NCBI RefSeq assembly: GCF_006345805.1 | Contig: NC_043002.1 | Span: 95,294,001 to 95,358,000, forward strand | DNA length: 64,000 bases | Reading direction: 5' to 3' | Source: Octopus sinensis | Lineage: Eukaryota | Made by a program: the position numbers and the translations under genes | Notes under the pieces: model-generated | Told to the model about the DNA's origin: nothing | Database searches by the model: none | What the model saw: the letters and a program-made list of their open reading frames with translations, nothing else | In this document: positions 52,352-64,000 of the stretch, piece after piece | Layout: each line of letters begins with the position of its first letter | Position numbering within the stretch: position 1 is the first letter of the stretch

Positions 52352-52665
52352 TAAGCTGTGAAGGCGCATGGCTAAGTGGGTAGGGTATTCAACTCACAAT
52401 TGTAAGGTCATGATTTCAGTTCCCAGCAACACATTGTGTCCTTGGGCAAAACACTTTATTTCACATTGCTCCAGTCCACTCAGCTGTCCAAAATTAGTAG
52501 TACCAGCCTTGTCACATTCTGTGTCATACTGAATATCCCTGAGAGCTACAGTAAGGGTACATGTGTCTGTGGAGTGCTCAGCTACTAGCACGTTAATTTC
52601 ATGAGCAGGCTGTTCTGTTGATTGGATCACCTCAAACCCTCATCATTGTAACTGACAGAGTACCA
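52352..52665 (+). mobile_element. decayed tRNA-derived SINE (tail type of 25928-26310)
   Basis: GGCGCATGGCTAAGTGG head and GAATATCCCTGAGAGCTAC..GTCTGTGGAGTGCTCAGC..GAGCAGGCTGTTC tail. Confidence 0.7.
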
Positions 52666-54589
52666 GACCTATTAAACAGGCACATTGCATGAAGAGAGAG
52701 AATCAATTCTATGCCAAAGTCTGAAGTATTATGACCTTTTTTGAGAAAGATACAGCAGTAGTTTCCCATTGCCTTCTGCCAGCTTATATATAGGTTGTTT
52801 TTTTTTTCAGCTAATCTCCTCTCCGAAGCTCCTTGAGGCCAAGGGCCTATTTAATCCTTAGGCAAGAGGAAGGTTCACATGACATCAGAACATATTTACA
52901 TGGCAGTGGGATTGTGTGACACATGTAGGGAGCCAGACCTTCTCTAACTTCTGTATGCCTTAACCACAGGACCATCATCTGCTATTTAATCTATAACTGA
53001 GGCCCTTGACATATACTACTACACTGGGTCAGAGCAAGCATGAAAGTAGTTGTGACCAAGGAATAATTCCTGAACTCCTGAGCTGGAATATTGCCACAAG
53101 ATGCAATTTAATGTTTTACTCAGGGCATTACTTTTCTGATTGTGTCATATAGATAAAAGAATAAGTAAACAAAAATCAAATTTGACAGTATAAAATTGAA
53201 GATCTTATGCTGTCAATAGAAACAAGAACAGAATTTTATTGGTACACTGTCAAGGAAACGGCTGTACCTCTCTTGAATATCATTTCTTAGCTTGCTTACC
53301 AAAGGAAGTTTCATAGGAATGAACGAATCAAAGATCACCATAATGTATAAACTGTGCCATCATACTATTGTACTGCTGTCATGCCATGAAAAAAGCCCAA
53401 GCATTGAGAATACTGCCTTTGAACTGGTAAAGATTTCAATTAACTTTAGAAGGAAGGATCTATGAAATGACACCGTAAACTTCTACTCTTGTGTCATTCC
53501 TTCATCTAAACAGACTTGCTTTCATCTGAATCTGTTATGACTTTATGCAATTGCATTGGGGCAGGCAAATTTTTTAAAGAATCTCCCTTTAGCCAAATAG
53601 AAAATTGGAGAAATGTAGTTTTTCAGAAAAAGGAGGGAAAAAAAGCTATAATTTTATTATTAGTGTTAGATATTAGTTGAGTTATAAAGCTCTACAATCT
53701 TCTTCGAAAAAACAAGTTCTGACTTTCAGCTCATCCTGAAATTTTTTATGTTTCATTCTTAAGTTTAGCCAGTCATCTTGATTAAAATACATTCCAAGTT
53801 CATTTTATTCATTCTACTAGTTTCAGTCATTGTGAAATACCTTGAAGGGCCTCAGTTAATCATCTCTATCTCCAATACTTATTTCAGTTTGAGGCTTATT
53901 TTATCAATCTATTTTGTTGAACCTCTAAGTTACAGATGTGAAGCGGCACAACAACACACAATCTATATATATATATATATAGAGAGAGAGATAGAGATAG
54001 ATAGATAAATACATACATACACACACACACACATACATACATACATACACACACACATACATACATGTATATAAAACGGGCACCTTTCAGTACCCGTCAA
54101 TCAAATCCACTCACAAGGTTTCAGTTGGCCTGGGGCCATAGTAAAACCCACTGGCCCAATGTGCCACGCATATATATTACAGGCTTCATCACAGTTTACA
54201 ACTATTAAATTCCACTCACAGAGTATTAGTCAACTCAAGGATATAGTAGATAACACTTGTCCAAAATGCCATGTTGTAGGTTCAAATCTTGGACTGTGCT
54301 GTTGTGAAGATAACCTCGTAACAACAGTCACCATTTTATCTTTAGTTTATTACTTTTATGTATCCCAGCTCACAAAGCAGCATATAAAGAAGATAGTTTT
54401 CTTGAGACAGCAGTCTTCCTATACAAGTATCAAGTTTAATTGTAACAGCAACAATGATAATCTATTATGTTTCACTATTTATGTATCTTGCTAGAAGTCA
54501 CAGCTACAATACATTTTTGTCTAAACATCTTAATAAAAGAAGGATAACTAAGAGGAATTTTCATGTGCATTGTTACTGGTACTGCATAT

Positions 54590-54826
54590 TCTTATTTCTT
54601 TATTGCCCACAAGGGGCTAAACATAGAGGGGACAAACAAGGACAGACAAAGGGATTAAGTCGATTACATCAACTCCAGTGCGTAACTGGTACTTATTTAA
54701 TCGAACCCGAAAGGATGAAAGGCTAAGTCGACCTCAGCGGAATTTGAACTCAGAATGTAGCTGCAAATAAAATACCACTAAACATTGCACCTGATGTGCT
54801 AACGTTTCTGCAAGCTCACCGCCTGG
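54590..54826 (-). mobile_element. SINE family B, young
   Basis: Near-exact reverse complement of 1076-1280, plus the head. Confidence 0.85.
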
Positions 54827-55423
54827 TACTGCATATTCTTATGGCATGAAAGTCTGTAGATGATTATTATTATTCTTTCACTGCTCTTTCTGTCTCTATG
54901 ATTGATTAGTCCCTATGGCTGTCTTATTGTACAGCTCATATGACTATTTATCATTATTCATCACATTTGTCATATTGAGAACAATGAATTATAAAGACAT
55001 CATGTGAATAATTTCTTAATATTTTGGATTTGATGCATATCTGATTATAAGGATATAATTTCTCCAGCAAAAGACTTTGCTGTTTTTATTCATCGCCTTG
55101 CCTTCAAATAGTTCATCATTCTAACTCATTTAAAAACCCTGATTGTATTAACAAATATATTTCTCAATCTTATCTGGTGACTTGCCTGGATCAATGCAAC
55201 TTTTTCATCTCAAATGTCCTGATTGAGCAATAAGGCATGCTTGCTTAGCTTAGGTTTTAGTTATATTGGTCTTTTCTCTAACTGAAATATCTCATCAGCA
55301 CATGTCATGACTACAGATGATAACTATAGTTTGCTAACTGAAATGGTTGATCCTGGCCATTAACAGTTTGTTGTTTGTTCATCTGCTGAAATAGTCACAT
55401 CCACCATGCTGCATCCCATGATT

Positions 55424-55651
55424 TTAACCCTTTTGTTACCAACCCGGCTGAAACCGGCCCTGGCTCTGAGTACAAATGTCTTGTTTTCATAAGTTTTGAA
55501 TTAAAATCTTCCACCAAACCTTAGTCCCAATTTATGTTCCCAACACTAGCTTAATGATGACTAAGTTATTTTACTAAATTCTTTGTTATATTTAAAATAA
55601 TTGAAAGAGACACAGAGCATCCCAAAATAAATACGGTAACGAAAGGGTTAA
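55424..55651. mobile_element. piggyBac-type MITE family 2
   Basis: TTAA|CCCTTTTGTTACC...GGTAACGAAAGGG|TTAA. Confidence 0.8.
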
Positions 55652-56924
55652 AGTGGTTACATGCTATTTAACCAATGGAGTAGCTCCACTTGACAGCTAC
55701 CCCAGCTCAGAGTTGACCTGGAAACAGAGTTAGTTAAATGATGATTCCACACTCCTCAAAATCCTAGAACACCTGAACCAGGGCCCCACTACCAGATGCA
55801 GTTTAAAGACATACCCCAGAACTAATATATTTCAAATCTTAACTAGTCATTACTATCTTATGATTAAAGAAATGGAACACAAATAGAATAATAACCAATA
55901 AAAGAGTCAAACAGTATTTATAGACTTACTGAAATATTCTTTAGTACATGTGTAAAAATTATAAGTAATCTTTCACAAAAATCTATCTCAGATTGAAATA
56001 TGTGTTAGTTTTGGTCAATTAAATCATTTATCATAATAAATATTAATGATATTCATGGAACACATTTATACACTGAAATATAAAAGTATAAATTTAACTC
56101 TTGGAGGCCTCAGACCTAAGCAATATCAATTCAAGTGAATGGTATGACTTGTATGAAAAGAGATTAAAAAATGTTTCAATATATCTGACAAAGATTGGGA
56201 TCTATCTGTATACTCCAATTATTTTAATCAGTTTTAACATTTACTGTTATTTGTAAATGTATCAAACACTCAGTAAACAAGTCTCTTTAATGACCTAATT
56301 TTTACAATATATTTTATAGTGCTTAAGGCTTGCATACCTGTTTTTAATCTTTTAATATCTTTTGTCTTCAAATTGAGGTTGATATATGAAAATTTCTTGA
56401 AGCATTATTATCTAAATTCTTTATGCAAAAAATGAAATCCAAATTAAAGCTAAAGCACAATTATTAAAACGCTAAAAGAAATCTCATTGATGAGTGTATC
56501 TTTAATAATCAACCAAAACTGATGATTTTTAAAATATATCTTAAAAGCAATCTTTATTTTCAGGAAATATCCAGGTATTTTCTGACAAAGAGTTAATATG
56601 ATTAAATACAACAGTAAACACATTTGTTGAAAATGTAACTGAATGAAATACATCACTATCAGTTACATAAGTATCAGTTATATACTGAAGTTCATTACTT
56701 CAATCACACCAGTTCTTTGCACATGTTGTCTTTGTGCCTAGGAGGAAAAAAAATTATTATCATTATTATTGATGATGTCAACTGATGAAGTGTTTATGAA
56801 GGTTCTTGTAAAAGGTAGAAACACTGGTAGCATTAAAGAATAAGATAGATGTTCTGCAGTTTAGTGGTTTCTCTGATTAAAGTCCATCTTTTAACAATCT
56901 ATATATCATGCTTCAAGCCAGTTG

Positions 56925-56929
<5 letters not shown>

Positions 56930-56992
<63 letters not shown>

Positions 56993-57012
56993 TCTCTCTC
57001 ACTCTCTCTCTA

Positions 57013-57053
<41 letters not shown>

Positions 57054-57058
57054 CTCTC
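56930..57058. repeat. (CT)n/(CTAT)n microsatellite
   Basis: Direct inspection. Confidence 0.95.
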
Positions 57059-58854
57059 TGTTCTAGAAACAGGGGCAATTTGAAAGCTGTTTCATTTTTC
57101 TTTCTCTGAAGTAAAACATTGCAATATTTCTATGCATAATGTGGAATAGAAATTACTGAAATACTTTTTATTTCATATGAAAAGGGATGGTTGAATGCAT
57201 ATTCAAAGGAATCAATATTTCAGACCCTAGACAGCCACCGTTAGACAAACTTAAAAAATCACAAATATAATCCTCACCCAAAACAGCTTCTCTTCTATTC
57301 AATGTAGTGATTTGAAAGACAAGTCCTCCTGTATGTTATAATGTAAGTTTCTACACTGACATAATATTAGCTGTAGCTTGAAAACTAATAAATTATATCA
57401 AAATTTATTTAACCAACATTTAAACTGTAGCCAATTATCAACCGCTTTTCTTTCAACTTCTCTACTGATCAAACACATCACATAATCAAAGTATCGATTG
57501 TGTATAAAATATAGACATTAAAGGGTCAGTTATTTCCCAGTACTAGAAGCAAATGTTTAAATATTTAATACTGGAGTCATGTATAAAATTAAATGTTATG
57601 GTTGGATACCCTTCGTAGCATGAATAGTTTTTATATAAAAAAATACATATATTTCTTTCATTTCTTTTTTCTTTTGTTTTTTTGTTAATGAAACTGGTTT
57701 GTAAAAATGAAGCAAGTGAATAGTGAAAATTGGGTGAATAAATAGTATGGGTTAGTGATTACTGACAAATATAAATGATACTCTGAAGGAAATTGTAGCT
57801 ACAAGTTTGCAGGATGTAGTTTTGTAACAAAATTAAACTCCAGTCAGTCTGTAACAGGGGAAAGAGTTTCCGGCAACTCATTTTAATCAATATCTGAAAA
57901 GAAAAGCCAATGATTGTAACTACAATTAGCATTATCATGTAAAACAAATTTAAATTGCATTCAAGATAATTTTGTTTGTGTAATGATATATTGCTATTTG
58001 CTACATTTCTCCATATTATAAAACAATTTTTGCTGCTATGGATTTTCCGAAACCATTTCCTTCTCTATATGAATTACTAAGTATTTACCTAAATTCAGCA
58101 GCTGAGGATTAGAAATATTGCATGGAAAGGAATAAGAATAACTGTTTTACCTTTTTGGTATTCTTTATCTTCAGTTATCAAAAATAACTGAAGATATTTC
58201 CATGTCTGCTTCAAGTTTGCTTTCCATGTTTGCTCCAAGATTTTCCAACATACAAAAATGTGCTATAGGGGCATCACACAAAATCCTGTTTTATTCAGTT
58301 CTTTGTTTTGGTTTTGTTTTTGCTTTCTTTTGTTTTTTAATACAGCAATAAATAAACAATTGCTAGTTTTTTTAAATAAACAACTTCTGCATCACTCGAA
58401 AAGCAATTCTTTTCTTCAAACTTTCCTTGAATGAAGACTCTATTACTAACAATGTACAATGAATATTACTCATAAAATTAACTCCGCATTATTGGTATCT
58501 AACTAATTCTTTGTTTATAACAAAAAAAACAACAAAAAATGCATTAACACTGTTTGATTGTGAGTGTTCTTCATCTATTCTTTCACTGTTTTAATATGGG
58601 TTGGATTTTGAAAAATCAGCTTTCGTAGCTATTATACTTGAATTATAAGATTTAAAGAAAGCTTATAACTTTGAAAAACTTCAAAAACAAAAGATATAAT
58701 CTTCATGTCATTTATTCTCTAATTTAATTAAAGTTACTTCACATATGAGATTAATTAAACATAGTTAATTTTAGCACGTCAGTTATAGAAATAAGCAGTT
58801 TTAGTTAATTAGCTACCCACCTTTCTTTATTTTTTTACAGTTTATATATTCTTT

Positions 58855-59262
58855 TATTCTTTTACTTATTTCAGTCATTTGACTGTGGCCTTGCTGGGGA
58901 CCGCCTTTAGTCAAACAAGTCAACTCAGGACTTATTCTTTGTAAGCCTAGTACTTATTCTATCGGTCTCTTTTGCAAAACCACTAAGTTACAGGGACATA
59001 AACACACCAACATCAATTGTCAAGTGATGGTGGGGGACAAACACAGACACACAAATTCTTATATAGATATATAGATATATATATGTATACACATGACAAG
59101 TTTCTTTCAGTTTCCATCTACCGAATCCACTCACAAGGCTTTGGTTGATATGAGGCTGTCATAGAATACACTTGCCCAAGGTACCATGCTGTGGGACTGA
59201 ATCCAGAACCATGTGGTTGGGAAGCAAGCTTCTTACCACACACCCATTCCTGCACCTATTTG
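58855..59262 (-). mobile_element. tRNA-derived SINE family A, full length
   Basis: Full body as at 1408-1775. Confidence 0.85.
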
Positions 59263-59429
59263 CATGTTAACCAGAAACCCTTTTTCTAAAACTCTTGATC
59301 ATCATAAATATGTCCAGTTTCAAGTTCAGAAATTGTTTTGCAGTTCAGAAAAATATTTAATTCCATTAATGATTCTTTATCAGTTTAATCTATTCGAAAT
59401 ATATTCCATGAAAGCAAAAATTTAATGCT

Positions 59430-59868
59430 ATGGTCATGTGGCGAGAATGAATGAAGATAGTTGTGTGAAAAAGTGCCACACCTTAGCGGTTGAGGGAACC
59501 TGTGGAAGAAGTAGACCCAGGAAAACCTGGGACGAGGTGGTGAAGTATGACCTTCGAACTTTAGGTCTCGCCAAGGAAATGACTAGAGACCGAGACCTTT
59601 GGAAGTATGCTGTGCGTGAGAAGACCCGGCAGGACAAGTGAGACCATAACCTGTGGCCTCTACCTGGGATGTAGCCAATCCATCTATGCCAGTCCACTTA
59701 TGCATACCTTTCCTTCTTGGGACACAAAACTCTACTTGTGAAGACCTGTTGAGGCAAGTGAAAATCAAAATCAACATCAATGGAAATTGTAGCTGTGATA
59801 CCAGTGCCGGTGGCACATAAGAGAACCATCCGAATGTGGCCATTGCCAGCGCCGCCCCGACTGGCCTC
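59430..59868 (+). mobile_element. RTE-LINE 3' end: ORF C-terminus, 3' UTR and start of the VNTR
   Basis: ORF 59438-59641: RMNEDSCVKKCHTLAVEGTCGRSRPRKTWDEVVKYDLRTLGL..MTRDRDLWKYAV. The UTR GAAGACCTGTTGAGGCAAGT matches the reverse of 7435-7460. Confidence 0.85.
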
Positions 59869-60152
59869 CGTCATTTAATGTCCATCCATATTCTATGCTG
59901 GCATGGGTTAGATGATTTCACTGGATCTGCTCTGTTCAAGGACTGCATTATGTTCTACTGTCTGTTTTATCATGGTTTCTATGGCTGGATGTCCTTCCTA
60001 ACACCAATCACTTTATAGGATGGGTTGGGTGCTATTTTTGTGTCACCTGAGGTTGCTATACAGCCTGAAAAATCTACAGACTTTGGGGATAAGAGGGTTA
60101 CCTAGGAATTAAACTATGAGGGTGGGGTGTGACAGTACCTGTTCTTTTAATG

Positions 60153-60430
60153 CATTGGTTCTCAACCAGGGTCATATGGCTCTTGAGGGTCTATATAAGG
60201 TTTTTTGGGTCCACGCAACAAAATATTAAATTGGGGCTCCACAATAATATTTTTAGGGCCCGTGAAAAAAATTCTGCTTTAGATGTATGTATTGCAAGAA
60301 ACAGCTAGGTTTCTTTCTCTAACATTTTAACGTAGATCAACTTAATGTACAAAATAGGAATTTTTAAAGATTCTATAAACTAGTTTTTAAACATTGAATG
60401 GCTATGGGGTCAACCAGAATAAAGCAAAAA
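60153..60430 (+). mobile_element. possible hAT-type MITE, one end only
   Basis: Begins CATTGGTTCTCAACC, similar to CAGTGGTTCTCAA ends of Charlie-type hATs. No matching 3' TIR was seen. Confidence 0.4.
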
Positions 60431-60960
60431 ACCCCTGTCGTAACAGATCTACATGACTACTCACATCTAGTAGGTGAAGGGGACAGAAAGAGAAAATGAA
60501 CAGTAGGAGCTTCAAGAGATGGCTAATGGTGATAAGGTGCCTAGCTAACCCCACAAAGTGAGTTGAATAATTGCTTTAAGCGATTGTATGGGAAGGAGTA
60601 TGAGGAGATAGGAAGGCAGGCTGCCAAAATGGGTAGGGTAGAAAGGGTGGATGAGCAAGAAGCTACGAGTTGAGGTAGATAGAGGGATGCTGAATAGAGA
60701 GGTATATAGTTGAATAAATCAATACTAAAATTTGATCTTGGAAGGCTGAAAAGCCAAGTTGATACCATCAGGGTTTAAATGTAGTATGTAAAATGTTATG
60801 AATAAATACTGTAATGTCTTTTGTTCATAAACTCAACCAATCCTGGTCATCTAACAATCTTATTAATAATCTTAATATTTCATCAATGATATTAAATCGC
60901 TCACATTATATTTCACACTAAACATTATTACAAACTACATTGCAGTGTTTAATTTTATAT

Positions 60961-61335
60961 TTACCTCTGCCAAGGAAGGAGGTTATGTTTTCATCAGCAT
61001 TGGTTTGTCAGTCTGTGTGCAAAATAACTCAAAAAGTTGTGAACGGTATTTGATGAAACTTGCAGGCAAAGTTAGTAATGACACAAGGAACAGATGATGA
61101 GAATTTGGTTGTGATCTGGGAATTTTTATGGATTCTTGAAGGATTTTTAATTTGTTATATCTACTTTACATGAAGTATTACAATGTTATGTTCTTTGATT
61201 ATCTCCCTTGAAAACACTTAATCATTTCTACATAACCTATGGTGGTATTGCTGTTTCCAAAGTTTATTTTCATTTCTCTATTAATAATTTTACTCCTGTA
61301 TCTATCTTAAAATGAAATGCTTGACGGAGGTCTGC
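60961..61335 (+). mobile_element. Helentron-associated interspersed element (HINE/DINE-like), 3' hairpin missing
   Basis: 5' TTACCTCTGCCAAGG..GGAGGTTATGTTTTC. Subterminal inverted repeats CCTCTGCCAAG (60964) and CTTGACGGAGG (61320). Confidence 0.6.
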
Positions 61336-61344
61336 GGAGGATGA

Positions 61345-61830
61345 CATGACAAGCCTTGACTAATGGGATCGACTCAAAAAGCTCAGACTTTGCTACCTCC
61401 ACTGCTGCTGTGAGCTCTATATCATCTGTATGATGTGGAAAATATTCCATCAACATTGCCCTTCTTTAGAATTTATCCGAGGCTTGACCCCCGTGCCATC
61501 TGTCCACTACAGAAATGTTTGTGTCGTATCACAACACTATGACAGAACTATTTCACTTCAATTGACCCTGCTCTCTTTAACATCGTGCCAGACACACATA
61601 AAGGAGGAAAGTGACTTCACGGCATTCAAACAATCCCTAGATGATTATCTACAATAAATACCAGATAAACCACCCACACCTAGATATGTCTCTGAAAACA
61701 ATAACCCTCTGCTTGAATGGGCTACGGTTCCCCAGAGCTGACTGTGTATCTCTTCCAGGCGGTGCTATTAAATTAGACATGGTCTGAGTCAACTTTGCCC
61801 AAAACTTATCTAAGTAATCTAATCTATGCT
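61345..61830 (+). mobile_element. CR1/L2-type LINE 3' fragment
   Basis: WDRLKKLRL...ELYIICMMWKIFHQHCP and HIKEESDFTAFKQSLDDYLQ*IPDKPPTP.YVSENNNPLLEW, typical of CR1-like ORF2 C-termini. Confidence 0.65.
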
Positions 61831-62201
61831 GTAACTGTTTAATCAAAGCATGACAACATGGGTAGAGGCTGATATCTTAACATTTCTGACAGTCTTAAGT
61901 ATAAAAAAAAAATTATTAAAGATTTATATAGAACTACATTCAGAATGTGTCTATAAGCTGTTGTGTTTAGACTTGGTTTCTATCCTCAAACTGTTCTGTT
62001 TTGTAGATGCATTTTTTTTTTTAATAATGCACTCCGAAATTAGAAAAATCAAAAATCTGCAACAATCTCTCAGTTCCATAAGTATTGGATAATGGATTTT
62101 CAAATGTGTAAAGAAACTGATTGTGGTGATCATAGTTTTGATGGTGATTGTGGTGAAAGCAGAGATACAGTGTTGCTGATGATGATGGTCGAGATAAGTA
62201 T

Positions 62202-62321
62202 GGAAGGAGGTTATGTTTTTGCTGGCATTGGTTTGGGAAACTGGCCAATTTACAGCATGTGTGTATATGGGTGGAAATGATCTGCTTGGCGGAGGTCTGC
62301 ACTCTCCGAGTGCTTTTCTAG
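62202..62321 (+). mobile_element. short HINE with intact 3' end
   Basis: GGAAGGAGGTTATGTTTTT...CTTGGCGGAGG-TCT-GCACTC(TCC)GAGTGC-TTTTCTAG: subTIR followed by a 6-bp stem-loop. Confidence 0.65.
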
Positions 62322-63020
62322 CTCTATATTATTTATTTTTACATTTTTAATTTATATGCTGAAGATCCCTTTGTACTTCAACTCTCAGGAGTTGATAAAA
62401 TAAACATCAACCAGATACTAGACCCAACTGTTGTCTTCTTACGGTTTGTGGTCCTTTGCCAAAGTGACGTGTGTGTGTGTCTGTATGTGCATGCATGCAT
62501 GTGTGTGTGTGTGTCTTAGGAATAACACAACAGTGAGAAGAATATAATGATTTTATTGCGTTTTCAAGTAAATGTACCTGATATATTTTGTAGAATATGT
62601 AACTATAAAAATATGAATGAAATCAAACCTCAAAGTAAAGCTAAATACGGTAATAGTTTTAAGATAGAAACAAGCCATCATTTGAATGCTATGTGTTTAA
62701 TAGATATTTTATATTCAAACAGTGCATATTAAAAAATCTATATCGATATAAATACATAGGTTTAGCCTAAGCATTGTGAGATTAATAAGCTTTCTCACTG
62801 GTAATGCCTTCCCTATACATTGCAAAATGAAATTGCTTTTCTCCAAATAAATTCATATTCTAGGCTGTTATGAAGCTACAGGATGTTATTCAGGTACTCA
62901 GCTGAGAGTCACACTGCATCTTACAGCAGAAACAGCTGTTATGCTAATGAAGTTTATAACATAACCATTGCTTTTCCTGAATCATCTCTTTTTCTTATAC
63001 ACACACACACACACACACAC

Positions 63021-63238
63021 ATATGATGGGAGTGCTGAAAAGTTGCTGACTTTGAGTAAAAGAAAATACAGGAGAAAATACAGGAGGATCAGTTAATTAT
63101 GATTTTATTGAACATATTCACACACTTATTGCAGCAGTCCTTCAGTTTTTCTGTCAAAGAACTCATAAGGTTGTGCCTCCAACCAGGCCTTTAGTGATAC
63201 TCTTAAAGCCATGGACTTTTCAACACTCCCTTCTGTAT
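63021..63238. mobile_element. mariner-type MITE
   Basis: TIRs ATGATGGGAGTGCTGAAAAGTTGCTGACTTT and AAAGCCATGGACTTTTCAACACTCCCTTCTGTAT, in a TA context. Confidence 0.7.
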
Positions 63239-64000
63239 ATATACTTATATACATGTACATTCACACATAGGCAAAAAAAAAAAACATCAAGGTGTGTAAA
63301 CTTAATTTATTAAGACTGAAGGAGTTTGAGTAAAAATATTTTTTATCTACTACAAATAATATCTGTTCACTGTTTCTCTTTGAAATGATAGCCTTGTCAA
63401 AATCAACATAATTGAGAATATGTATCACACTAATTTCTGAGTTGAATATATGCTTCAGTATTCTGATGCTAGTCTCAGAATTTTGAAAACCTTTCAATCC
63501 TTCTGACATAGGAAAATGGTTCTGAGCTGTCTTCAAGAAATCAATATGTGGATTAGGAAAGTGTTCAAGGCTGTCAATACTGATATTTATTTTTTTTTTT
63601 TTTTCCTTTTGGAAAGAATCTTACATGTATTGAAGAAATGGTAACATTGAGAAAGGCAAAAAAAAAAACGTGCATTTTCCACTAACTACTCAATATGTTA
63701 ATGATAGGAAATTTAAGAAATAGAAAGTAAATATTTGTTTCTGTGTGGTATCTATTATTATGACTTACTGCAATATGTAGTTCCACACAGGCCACAAGGG
63801 AAGTTTATATTTTCATTTAACAGAATTTCAAAATCTGTTTTTAGATGTAGACATTTTTTTTTTCTAGTTTCAGCTTAGAGCTGCGGCCATGCTGATGCAC
63901 CGCTGTTTATTCATAAAATTTTAAAATAAAAATGTATATTGCTTAGAGTTAGAATGCAGATACAGCACATGCAGTGCTTATTTTCTCTAAAGACATCCAG

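Noticed and set aside
59430-60060. Twin-priming inversion of an RTE insertion
   Set aside because: The (GAT)n tail lies at the internal junction and the two parts differ in divergence, so two independent insertions fit better.

Overview
This is AT-rich, repeat-dense animal genomic DNA. The repeat families and a divergent 28S fragment point to a cephalopod, probably Octopus (inference). No intact protein-coding gene can be supported, and most long ORFs in the track are translations of (TA)n/(CA)n/(TG)n microsatellites or of decayed transposons. The window contains: three or four tRNA-type SINE families in many copies; RTE-clade LINE fragments whose 3' UTR carries a variable tandem repeat; a CR1-like 3' fragment; a Penelope-like element (RT end plus GIY-YIG) with a minimal hammerhead-ribozyme motif; four Tc1/mariner transposase relics; TTAA-flanked piggyBac-type MITEs; Helentron-type HINEs; and one good small exon candidate on the + strand (35624-35654). 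Two structures stand out. First, a ~295-nt piece of 28S rRNA domain V (peptidyl-transferase region) replaces the middle ~70 bp of one copy of a dispersed repeat, with microhomology at both junctions (47687-47981). Second, a ~390-bp palindrome is built from two head-to-head copies of a hammerhead-bearing element (14583-14972). All TE boundaries were set by eye and are approximate.
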